NCBI GenBank assembly: GCA_009602725.1
Contig: WELB01000010.1
Coordinates: forward strand, 1,011,494 to 1,075,493
DNA from: Spirogloea muscicola
Lineage: Eukaryota
Direction: 5' to 3'
Length of the DNA stretch: 64,000 nucleotides
Position numbers and translations under genes: made by a program. The stretch's first letter is position 1. Each line of letters begins with the position of its first letter. The notes beneath the pieces are model-generated. The model had not been told where the DNA came from, did not search any database, and saw nothing but the letters and a program-made list of their open reading frames with translations. Below are positions 1 through 12,243 of the stretch, piece after piece.

Positions 1-60
1 AGGTCATGAACATGGGCACACATGCGGCAGCGTGGTAGCGGAGACGAGGCTTCGGCCGCC

Positions 61-3000
61 ATGGCCGTTGACAACAGCGGCGCAGGGCCGGGGGCCAGGC
101 AGGCGCAGTCTCAGGTCCTCGCGGCGGAGGAGGATGGCGGCGAGGCGGCCGTCACGCCGCCCGGCAGGCAGTTCCTGCTGCCCATGCGGTGCGCCGGCCC
201 TGGGAGGCCGCCGCGCACGACCACCTCCCCTCTCGTCCGGCTGCTGAGGCAAGTGACCAACGCCCAATCTGGGGCATGCAGAGTACGGGCTTCAGTGTCC
301 CAGTCGATGTTGCAGGCCCTGACCGGGAGCCCAACTTGTCAATATCTGCTGCATGGCCATATCGGCTTGCGGGTGACTGGACAAGGACTTGGCCATGGGA
401 TGTCCAACTCCAACGAGTCATGCTCGCAGATGTGCATCTGTCTGCTAAAGGCAGCCCATGGCTGGCCTTGCAGATGGTCATGGCCCTCTGTCGTTGAATC
501 TGCGTGGGCGGGCCTTAAGACATCGTCGCTCATGGACATTTTGACCATCCTCAGTGTCTGTCGTTGCCAATCAGGATTGCCGCCAGGAAGTGTAACCTCC
601 TGCAGGAAGCCTGCGTTCACAAGTGTATTGACATGCATCATCTGACTCACATGCCTGGTGTTATTGCAGACATCCGCCAATTCTGAACCACTGGCGGAAG
701 ATCCTGCTCATATGGTCGATAATTGGCCTCGTCTTGGCTGGTGTTGTATTCTGGCTCCTCTGGGATCATGACCAGGGCTCTACTAAGCGGGAGTTCGTGC
801 TCAGCTGCGTGAGCCGAGCGCAGGTATACATGGACTGGCTGAGCTCCTGTTATTGTTCACACTTTCCTCAGCTGGCCTTGCAGTCCAGCACCAGCTACCA
901 CAGTGATTCCCTAGTCCTGGTGATAGTGTATTTTGTGTCCAATGCATACTCTAGTGGCATTGTTGATTGTGAGCACATTGCAGGTATTGGAGGATCGAAT
1001 GCAGAGCAACTTGTACACGGCCGCCGCTTTGACCGGTCTGATAAAGACTGCAATTCAGTTCGAAGATCAGGAGCGTTTTGGAAACTTCCTCTACCAGACG
1101 GATTGGACAAGACCTCAAGTACAGATCCATGAGGCACTCTGGAGCCATGCACTGTCCCGCTACTTCAGTGCTCATGCTGCTGCCTTTTTTATGCCAAGCA
1201 TCCTGCATGTCATGGTGTCAATGAGATATAGCATCACAGTCGACCATTGGCGGCTTGGGAGCAGACATGGAAATGCTCCAGGTGTCATTGAGTGCTTTCT
1301 TGTCCTATTCCAGGTCCAAGCTGTATACTACATACAGAAGGTACTTCCAGCTGGGCGGCTGCCGCTGGAGAGAGCTCTTAATACAACATTCAGAAACAGG
1401 ACCGGTATCGATGTCTATGTACCAGATCCGCCTCAGGTTTACTTCTTCCTCCTTTCCTACACCTTATGCTCTCCTCGTCGTGCCATACTTGTTCAAGAAC
1501 CCCTCCTATGTAACTTGTCCTCTCCTTGGTGGAGGTTGTTACATTGAGCATACCTACAGGGATGCGCTTCATTGGGGATCTCCTCAATGCCCTAGTTCTT
1601 CTTGCCGCGCTGACTATGCTTTGGCTGCATGGCAACAGCCAGAGTACGCTGTGGTCCGCTACCTGCCCCAGCAACCTGCTTCGAACCCAGCTACTCTTCT
1701 TTGGGATGTGTATGCCAACCCTCGGCTTCGGTCAACATTAGAACAGGTAAGGTGGTGGTTAGATTGATTCACTTTTAGTGATATCAGCATCAACAGACCC
1801 GTCAATGTCAAGGAATGCCTACTTGCAGCAGTATGACGTGGCAATGTTGGTTCTGCTTAAACTAAGCATACTTGAGTTCACTTCTGCGGCAGGCACGAGA
1901 TTTTGGGGTACCTGCCTACTGTGCACCTGATGCACTTGGGCCAGGCCGTGTCCGCGCTTTTGTGCCAATATACAAAGGTCCCATTCCATACCCTGCAAAT
2001 GCTACTGTCAGAGATCGACAACGTGACATTGAAGGCTACATCGGTTGTCAATTCAACGTGTCCACGCTCTTCAAGTCATCACTACATGCCTTCACCGACA
2101 GAGAAGACATACACCTCCAGTGGTATGTATGCTTGAGATCGTTGTTGCAGGCACAAAGTGCTTCGGTGTACTCAATCCAAGAAGCATGTCCCTTTGGGCC
2201 TTTCTGCTCTTACATGGCACTCTGAGCTGTGTGCAGGTATGACGTCTCAAATGACCCTAGTATGCAAGAGGGCCTCCTCATGCCAGCTCCTCCAGGGAGT
2301 CCCACGTTTGCGTCTGACCAATTTCGTAATGGCACAAGCCTAGTCGCTCCGAGTCGCAGCCATCTGCCTTTCTCGTACTCCACAAAGTACACACAAGGTA
2401 GGAGAAAGTTGTCCCACTTGCTACGTTTCAGAATGTTGCAGGCTCGGTCTTCTCAGTGGAGCCTATTTGTCCTGACACGTTTGTCTTCTCCCTGATCGCT
2501 TGAAGGCTTCCGAGACTACCAGGTGCGCTGCTTGAACGTGGGGTACTCCACTTGGCACCGGATTGGCAAAGTTGTGCCATGGCCTATCGCCATTATACTG
2601 CTTTTCCTGCTCCTGGCGATTATCATGGGCCTCATAGCAAAGCACCAGCAAGCCCTCGCCCATGACATCAGGCGCATTGGGAAGCAGAACATGGATCTCA
2701 AAGAGGTACTACAACCTACATGTGCTAGCTGGGTCTATTGCAGGCTTGCAGCTACTATATTCATTGTAAGCATGCATTTGTCAATCGATCCCAAGCTTCA
2801 ACATGCGTAACAATGCGGATATCCAGACTGATGCTGAGGTCGCAGATGCGAAGGGCAATGCAGCGGCAGCAGCAGATGACACACCCCTCCTTTGGCAAGA
2901 TAGATAGCATGACTTTCAGCTACCTTGGGATTGTGCAGGAGGCTTCTGTGCAGGCTAAGGCCTTGGATCATGCAAAATCCGCTTTCATTGCTTCTGTTTC

Positions 3001-6000
3001 ACACGAGATCCGTACGCCCATGAATGGTAATTGCACTGTCAACCGAGCAGCCTCTGTCTTGGAGGTCTTACATCTTGATTTTTGGTGATGTTGCTCGGTC
3101 TACCTTTTGAGGTTGGTCATCTGATATGGACTGTCTATAAAGATCTGTACCAGGCTTGTGTTGGGTACGTCTTGTGTTGGTATGATTGAGTTGCATCATC
3201 GTTCTGCCACATTTCCCTGCAACACTGTATGGTTCATTGTCTCCCTTTTGCATTTGCTGAGGCAGGGATGATTGGCATGACAAATCTGCTCATGAACACG
3301 CGGCTGGTGAGTCATGAAAGGAAGGATATTGAGTACTCTTTCTCTCTGCGCTTTCAGTTGCTCCAGAAATTGTAGATACAGTCAGTGCCTCGTAATAGCT
3401 TCTCAATTCTTCTTGCTCCAATGAATGAGGAGGTGACACATTGTCTATGACTAATAAGCCCCTCAATGCTATGTGAAAATTATGCACAAGAATGGCAACC
3501 CGTCCCTCCACAGACAACAGCAAACGAGCCAATTTTAGCTTAGGATGGCCTTGACAGTGCCATAAGCATCATGCTCTTCATCTAACTCCGTGTTTCGCTG
3601 TGACATGTTCGCAGGATGCAACTCAACTGGACTATGTGAAGACAGCTCAAGCCAGTAGCAATGCCTTGATTGGACTGATCAATCAGGTGGGAGGCTGTCC
3701 CTGTCCCATGGAAACTGCAGAGAGGCAGCCTTGTGTTAAGAGCTGCTGAGTAGCTAGGTGATCTGTGTGTATAGACAATGACGGGGTCTTGCTCCATCAT
3801 CTAACTACTTACAGAGGTGGTAAGACATCCTCTATGCAGGTCTTGGATTTCTCCAAGATGGAAGCTGGACGAATGGTAAGAAAGCATTATTCTAAATACC
3901 AAATACATTGCATCTCTGCTCACTGCAGATGTGCACATATTATTCTAGAATGCCCCTATTAGTCAACTGCATTGAGAGTAGAGATTCAATTAGCCTGCAT
4001 ACACACAGTACACACACAGTTGTGTCATGTAGTGTCACTAGTCATCTGATTGCACCTTGTGACAGAGAGTCAAATTGTTGTTTGTACATCACAGGAGATC
4101 GAAAGTGTCCGCTTTGATCTGCGGAGTGAGCTGAATGATGTCCTCAGCCTATTTGGGGACAAAACTCGCCAGAAGAAGCTTGAGGTGACATGCTTCGAGA
4201 TACCTCATTGGACATGCGCTGTCGTAGGACATTGCTGCAACATTCATTCTTCTGAAGCATGCAGTGATGCACCTTCAGGCTTGTTCTGACGTTCCTATCT
4301 TCCAATTCCAGCTTGTTGGGTTGGTTCAAGAGGCTGTACCTACTTGGCTGGTAGGGGATGTCGGCAAGATAAGGCAGATACTCTTGAATCTCATTGGGAA
4401 TGCTGTCAAGGTAATTCTTCTGCCATTCTTTCTGTAAGCAGTCCAATAGACCAGTAGCCCAACGATGGTGGTGGCAGTACGCGCAGTCAGCTAGGATCGT
4501 CTCACCCAGTTGCTCCAGATGAGGCGGTTGCCTGAAGCAGCTGCTGCATGTGATGCACAGTTCACCAGAGAGGGCAGCATCTTTGTCAGCGTATGGGTGG
4601 CTGGTGTTGAGGAAGATGCAGCACCTCCGCAAGTTGGGGAGTCGACAAGCTCTCCTCTACTGAGGATGGTTTCTCAGGAGAAGCACAACCCTGCTGTCAT
4701 CTGGCTACCAGATTCTGTAACTGCAGGGTAATGTCTGCCGCAACCTCGGTTATATCAGGACCTTGCTGTAATCTAGTTGGCAAGCTTGACTTGGTGTTCT
4801 GCTGGCTGCGCTGACACTCAGAGAAATGTCAAACATTTCATTTCTAATGTGACAGGAACGATGGCTCGGCAGTCGACATCCAGCGACATGGTCTTAGCAT
4901 GCGAGTAGGTAGTCCCAGGAACGACGAGAAGCTGGTGCTGGCTTTCAGAGAGTGCAACATGGCAGCAGTGGATGCGATGTGGAAAGATGACAAGAGGGAT
5001 CATCAACACAGCTTGCAGATCATGTTCTCTTGCGAAGACACTGGCATCGGCATCCCTCTCAGGTCGCATATGTCAGCCATATATTGGCCAATCTTATGTC
5101 ACTTTCAAACTCATCATCTATGGGCCTTACTTGCAACCGACATGCTAGGGACTGGTTCAAGATTGGCGGAAATGAGGTGATGTGAGCTCTTGGCACCACC
5201 TTGACAGATGGTAAAGAGATGCTGATGCCTTTTTTTGGACGTACTGAGCAAGTGCAGTGTCCGTACAAAGCTCTTTGAGCCATTCCTGCAAGCCAACACG
5301 GGAGCAAATCGCGAATATGGGGGGACAGGCCTTGGCCTGTCCATAACATCCAAGGTCAGCACATTTTTGCTACACTCTTATCAAGATGGTCGCGCCTCGT
5401 CGTGATTGGGAGTCAGGTACCACTGACGTCTTGCTTGTGCTTCCCAGGCCTTTGCTGCGTGCCTGGGCTGGCTACTGATCTGGCTGTGTGCTCCTCCTTC
5501 GCAAATATTCGCAGCTTGTGACCCTTCTCAAGGGCTTCATGGCAGTAAGCAGTTCGCCTGGAGTTGGAAGCACCTTCCAGTTCCAGGTTCCCTTGGGCTT
5601 GGGATACCCTGACAATAAGGAAGACAGGCTGACCATTGACGCGTGGGCCTCTGATGAACCCAGCTCTGCAAATCCCCCCGGGTCGAAGATTGTGATTGAT
5701 AAACTAAGAAAAACAAGAGCTCTGGTTGTGGACACAAATCCCGTGCGAAGGTATGGTTTCTTCACAGTCAGTGTGACTAGTAGCACGCGCAGCATCTTGA
5801 TGTCCGACGTATAAAAGGTGCTGTATTGTTTGATCATCCTCTTAAGCTGGAATAGCTGATGCTTCAAGGTATCCTTTTTCAGTATTTATGCTGCATTTCT
5901 GCATGACCTGCTCACTAACTCCTCCTTGGGACCTGGTGCAGAGAGTCCACATGGTCCTGTTTATCGCGCACGGGCATAAAGGCCTCAAAGGCCTCAAGCA

Positions 6001-8151
6001 TTGAGGAGGCAGAGATGCTTGTTCAAGAGGCATGGATTTCTCAATCAAGACTGGCCCCTTTTTGCGTTGTAGTGGAGTCCCAGGTTGGTATATCTGATGC
6101 CTGCTTTATCGCACCGCCGTTACGTATGACAATTCACAGGATTTGGCTTGACTTTAAACAGATTACTCTGCAATCTGTGTTGCCCATTATTGGAGTTTGC
6201 ATGTGTGCTCATACGACTTGATTCAACAATGATGGCTGAATCCTTCGTTGTCTTTCTGTGCCTGGTATGTCTATGGTGGATCGGCACACCAGGCTTCAGG
6301 CGAGGATCAAATGATAGAGTTGGGAAGGCGATTAAGAGGGAAAGAGAGGGAGGTCATAGAGCAACACGGGAAATTGGAGCTGAAGTTGGCCATGATTGTC
6401 GTCACAGTCAATCAAGACAATGCAGCTGAGGCCCGCCTCAAGGCTGCGGGCTACACCGGCTTTCTGGTCAGGCCCTTACGCCAGGTCAGTCCAGCCCCAC
6501 TCAGTACAAGCTGAGTGACTGATAACTGATGGGGTACTCCTACTGCGGCGTCCTTTTGTCCCTCCACTTGTCCTGCTTATACAATGTGCCAAGTTGCCAG
6601 CTCTCCAGTGTGCAAGGCATCAAGCACTGGCTGAGCTTCTTTTTGCACTCCAGTAGTTTTTAGTCTTCTCCCTATGCTTTCACCTTTGAAAGTGGCAGCA
6701 TAGTTCGATGATCTTCTACGTGACCTCTTCGCCTGGTGAAGCAAGCTGGATGGCCTTACTCAACAGGGCTTCCTTTTGACTTGCTGATGCTATATAGTGC
6801 TGACTCCTCTTGTTGTTGTGAGCAGAGCGTGGCTGCGGTGCTGGTGGGGTCGTTGCTAGGGTTTGTTGGTGATGTGGCCTTGGCCAACGACAAGGCTACC
6901 TTCGGTCCGAGCCCTGTGTCATCAGGAGGGCTGGAGCGGAGGAGCTCTTCCAATGTCTGCGAGTGGCTTGTGGGTCGACGAAGCCTCATCGTGGATGACA
7001 CACTCATCAACCGGAAGGTTGCTGGGAAAGTCCTGGAGACCCTGGGCATGACCACCGAGTCAGTGGGCTCTGGCCAAGAGGCGATTCAGTTGCTGAATCG
7101 TGAACCTTTTGACCGATTTGACGTCATCTTCATGGACATTCAGGTGGGGCACTACTATTTTGCCACCTTGGCTATTATCACCCCGTCACGTTCTCTGTTG
7201 GCTTATTACCCAGTTGGGCTACATATGCTTCAGTAATGCAAGCAGTAACGCGGAAGCAGTAGATGAGGAGATTACGTGCTAAGTGCAGGGGTGAGGGTTT
7301 TGCTTGCTAGCTAATTGATTAGCTCCATGCCAGGCTTTGTGGCCCTGTCAGTTGACGCTGTGTTTGCTGTGCAAGATGCCTGAGATGGATGGATATGAGA
7401 CCACTGTGCGCATCCGAGAGATGGAGATGGACCGATGTGCCCGGAGCCATGGCACTGAGCAGCCTCGTGAGATGCCAACTGGCTCTCCCATGGAGGCGGC
7501 TGAGAGCAGATCAGTGTTGGATAACGACCGTGGAACAGCTAAGGGTGTGAATTTTTCGCGCATGGGCACTTGGGCTGACAGTGGCTGCGACGATGCCATG
7601 GAGGCTGGCTCCACGGGACGATTGAGAGGGGGAGACAGTGGGCAGGGCATGCGAGGAGCCTGTGCTGATGGCCAGGCGAGTGGTCAACCACCACTGTGGC
7701 ATCGATGCCGCATACCTATAGTCGCCATCACTGCGGACGTCATGAAGGGTACACGGGAGAGGTGCATGGCTGTTGGCATGGATGACTATCTGGCCAAGGT
7801 GAGATGATGGACCCCGCTGGCAGTGCATGGGATTTTGTACTCAAAGAAATCACTGTGATGTTTGGTGAGCTTTACTTGATGAGTCTAAACTCTTGTACTC
7901 ATAGGACATTGCGTGTTGCTTGCTTGGATTGTGTGCCAATCACGTACATTTAAGTCTTACGGTCAATTAAAGTACATTGCTTTCTGGAAGCAGGAGCAGC
8001 ATTGTAGCCCGAAGTACGTCAGTCTAGTGCATGGAGACCTCTGTCTTACATAGCTCGTTTCACTTTGCAGCCCCTGGATACGAAGAAACTCAAGCTTATA
8101 CTCTCAAAGCTTTTCTTGGAACCTACAACCTCAAATAGCTGTCAATACTAG
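61..8151 (+). CDS. CHASE-domain hybrid histidine kinase (cytokinin receptor AHK/CHK-like), about 20 exons
   Basis: Domain order from spliced exons: TM1 (LIWSIIGLVLAGVVFWLLW, ~705-760); CHASE (QPEYAVV...LWDVY...ARDFG...FVPIYKGP, 984-2400); TM2 (WPIAIILLFLLLAIIMGLI); H-box FIASVSHEIRTPMNG (~2983-3027); N-box QILLNLIGNAVK (~4375-4410); G1 EDTGIGIP (~5034-5057); G2 YGGTGLGLSI (~5317-5346); receiver FDVIFMDIQ|MPEMDG...IPIVAITAD...DYLAK|PLD. Stop TAG ends at 8151. The first exon (ATG 61, GC donor ~250) is tentative. Confidence 0.9.
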
Positions 8152-9572
8152 CTTCAGGTACACTTACATAGCAGGCTCTTGAGCCACCCATTCGTTTTCC
8201 TCCAGGACTTGAATAATCCGGGTGATACGTCTGTGTCAGATGGAGCTCATCTCCGTTGTGCAGAATCTCCCTCCAGGTAGTAGTCGTAGTTTCCAGGGTT
8301 GACATTTCTGTGAGCTTACTTTCTACCAGGCTAGCGCCCGCTTCCTGGTCTTATTTATTGAGGCAGCTCCTGCAGCAATATGTAGTGGTCGACCATGTCT
8401 CTCACAAAATCTAGGACAAGGCATCAAGATGCTGTGCCAAAGACTACAAGGCTCACAGCTGTCACAAACCACATGCCACATCATGCTACCCACCAAGCGT
8501 GACTGGCATCATTGGAGTAAGTTTTGTCTAAGAGTTCAAGTGACAATGCCTTGTAGTCGTGACTCACGCATTTGTCAAATTCCAATAGAATGTAAAGGCT
8601 CTCTGCAACTGTCAACTGCTTCGACATTGTTGATAGTATGGTAGGCAACACCGTCAAGCATGTAATGTCTCTGCAGAGAGGCGCTCTGTTGAAATGTTGA
8701 AAACTTGACCTCCAGCCTGCTGAGGAGAGGTTGAATACTAGGAGGTTGTTATTGTTATCTAGTGCTGCAATCTGCTTGTCTTAGATGGTATACACCTGCC
8801 GGGGTGCAATGGAGGTGATTTACCGAAGATCCCATGTGTTCTCTTCTAGTGTTCTCTGAGCCAATTACGACTGTCAAACAGGTAGAATGTGCGCATATGT
8901 CTTCTCACCCAACAGCAAGAATAAGCGGATGTTACTACCCACTGTTGCGCTTGCATGTGGAAGCTCTAGTGTTCAGATTATCAATGTAACAGCCGTCTTC
9001 AGTACTGCTGCTCTTCGGGTTTGACCTCTTGTCTTCAATACGAGTCTGGTTGCCAAGGAGCACTCGCCAGCTCGAAGCTATTCATCACACCCGAGTTTCT
9101 CTAGCAGTCCTTCCACCTGTGCTGAACCGTAACTTCAGGTCCAAACTTGCTCAATATCCATGCCTAGCCTGAGCGGAGTAGCACATCACACCCTCTGCCC
9201 CATATTGTCCTTGCTTCTAGGAGTACTCTTTCTCATGAATGTAGATTCAATATCAGAAAAATCACATTAGGTGCGCATACGGGGCTGACGATATCATTCA
9301 CCCCTCTGCGTAGACTCTGCTGGATTGTAATAAGTGACAGGCGCAAGCGGGATATCGGTCCAGGAGTTGCCTACAGATTGAAACCCTGAGCATATTCATG
9401 AGCTACACAAGAAAACTACAAGGAATATACAAATTGTATCATATGAATGAGAAAACATCATGAATCCTAACAACGTCCCACCCTTTCAATGACAAACATG
9501 CTCGTGCTAATCTGGGTCATTTCAAGCCATCCACTGTCTGCAAATTGGCAGTATGTATCCTCAATGGACTAC

Positions 9573-11632
9573 TCAGTCTCCCTTCTGCGACATCAAGTGC
9601 TCCCTGAAGAATGCAATAGCATCACAGTAGGCCTCGTGTGCTGCCCGACGCGCTTCTTCGTTGTCTTCATCGTATCGCATGGTCCAACCATGGGAGACCT
9701 TGGGAAATATTTTGACATAATGGGTGATGCCATTCTGCATGCAGGGCACGCTCATGATCATATCTGCTCTCTCGAAGCAACATTGAGCCAAGCATCAGCC
9801 ACCACTGTCCCCAAAGCAGAAGGATGTGCCTACCACTTCGTCAACTGTGGTAAATTCAAATAAATCAATCTAGAGCACCCACCTTCTGCAGTATGTCTCC
9901 AAACTCCTTGGCCAAGGGTGGTGGAGTGGCCTTATCAATTTCGGCTCCGAGTATGGCAGTTGGCATTGTTAGACCTAGTTGCCGGCACGATCAGAGTAGT
10001 AACAAAGGATCTTAGGGTCTCTAACTGCGACTTGACACAGGACCTCAAGAAGTCAAAGTGCAAGTCGACTGCAGGGCACGCGCGCATGCCTGCTCCTATG
10101 CTTACAGAGCACAAGTTTGAGCTCGCCTTTGTCAGCAGGATATTTTGCAATACAGTGGAGCCATGCTCGCCAGCAGTGTAGCCATCAGCCATGCAAGTTA
10201 CCTTCAATGTCATCAACAGTCGTAGCCGACGGATGACACATGGTCAAAGCCTCCGCCCCTGCCCGCTTGGCTGCCAGAGCTGCCACCTTGGCTGCACGCA
10301 GAAGGTGGTGCTTGAGAAGCATGTGCTGCTTCCTATACATAAAGTTGGCGAATGAATATAGCTCGCTTTCAACCCAAACCGGTGCTGAGGCTGGTAGCTA
10401 CCAGCAGGTTGTGCACACGTCTGTCTGACAATGTAGGCGTGATGTAGGGTGGCTCAAAGAGAAGGCTGACCGCCCGGAGCGCACCCCCCCAGCAGAAGCC
10501 GCAGAGGCCGACCTTGGCTACGCCCTCCTCACTGCGCAGCGCCGCGACAACTGCGGCCGCGTCCTTGCCCTGCTTCTCCTGCACGCATGCAGGCCTCAGG
10601 ACAGGAAGCTCAGCAAGCTGCCCATATTAGCAGCGAGCACTAACGGGCGGCATTCAAGTTGAGGGGTTCTGCTGGATGCATTGCAATACCTTAGCCGAAC
10701 AAATATGCTGGTGTTTGTAGCTATGAAAAGCATCACAAAACATGAGTTCACTTCAACTACCTTACACAGAAACAGACATGAACAGAAGTCCATTGCCTGT
10801 TTCTGCGTATTTAGGGTCCAGGAAAAAAGCGATAGGCAGCTTCTAGAAAGACAAATTTTGTAAACCACCGATTATGACATGGATTTGATATAGGAAGCTA
10901 GGGTTTCAGGAATTAGGGTTTGCTGTGGCTGGGCTTGGACAGCGGGCTCGAGCAATGGCGCTGCGTCGTTTGTCAGAACCCGACCCACCATGTCTTGCCG
11001 GCTCTTCCACTCGGAGAAGGCCGCCATGAAGTCGCGGCCCGCGGCCAGCACGAAGGGGCTGCCACGATAGACGTCGACAGCGAGCGCCAGGAAGCCCTCG
11101 GCGGCCATGCGGTCCGCCAGCCGCCTGTCAAGGCGGCGCAGCGACGGTGGCGACGGGTCTATGGAGTCAAGCTCAAGCAAGCCACGCAGCGCTGCTGGCC
11201 ATAGAGGCTCCAACGGGTCGCGGCCGGAGCGACGTCCCGCTCAACGCCGCCTCTCAGGGCGTAAGGTGGAGACGGCGGCGCGGGCGACGGCGGTGGAGGC
11301 GCGGTCAGCTCGAGCTGCAGCTCTCCCGTTCACCTGAGCGTCGGCGACTCCCAGCCTGCAGGCGCAGCGAATGGCGCGGCGGCAGCGGCCGGGGTCAGTG
11401 CCGCCCCGCAAATCTCGCGCCGGCGGGTGGACCGGCCCCGCGATCGCACGCCGCCTCTGCCGCCGCCGCCGCCGCCGCCGGGCGCTCACCGTAGACGTCC
11501 GGCACGAGCACGACTGCGGCGCCGCCGCCGCCGTCGCCAGCAACGTACACGTCGAGGCCCGCCAGCTGCCGCTCGGCGCCNNNNNNNNNNNNNGCCGCCG
11601 GCGCCGCCGTCGCCGGCGACGGCGCCGGCCAT
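9573..11632 (-). CDS. Dienelactone hydrolase family (carboxymethylenebutenolidase-like) alpha/beta hydrolase
   Basis: Exons encode GLDVYVAG..AVVLVPDVYG; RLADRMAAEGFLALAVD; the nucleophile motif GLCGFCWGG (~10485-10512); and KIFPKVSHGWTMRY with the catalytic His. A small N gap lies near the start. Confidence 0.85.
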
Positions 11633-12243
11633 GGCTGCCCGCCGCGCTCGCGGCGTCGCCGACCTGGCTCGAACCTCGGACGTGTCGACTGCCAAAGGAG
11701 GCCCCCGAGTCAGCGGGCCCCCTCGCGTCCGGAGTCAGACTCCATCGCATTCCGCCGTTGACTTTTAAGAGCCCCTCAGATGTTCACTCAAGGGTCCTTG
11801 CATCCAGCAAGTGCTGCGGACTCCCGGAGCTCGAAGGCGCAGTCGCAGCACCGTAACAACATGGCATCGCTAAGTTCTCACGTTGCTGCTTACGTCTGGC
11901 TCAAGTGCCACGATGTGTGTCAAGCAGGCCGAGCAGGGGCTGCAGACGGCCGCCTACACACAATCAATTGAAACGAGGAGTGAGTCTTTTTCTGTACACT
12001 CGGCAGCCTAGCTGCAGCTACTTACACTAAGGCCCTTCACTGCTTGAGAGCAGAGGGGTGCGCTTCTAGGGGCTGTAGAGCGAGGAGAGTGAAGTGATTA
12101 AGCACGCAAAGCGCCGGTAGAGGTGAGGAAGTTGGAGCGGCCGCTGTAAGCCCACAAGCGCGGCCTTCTCGCCCCAAGGAAGAGAAGCTTTCCGCCTGCA
12201 CGCGGGCTTTTGAGCCCGCTAGCTAGCTAGCTCACAAGTCTGG

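Noticed and set aside
10899..10922. Telomere-like TAGGGTTT words
   Set aside because: Only two isolated intronic copies; not an array.
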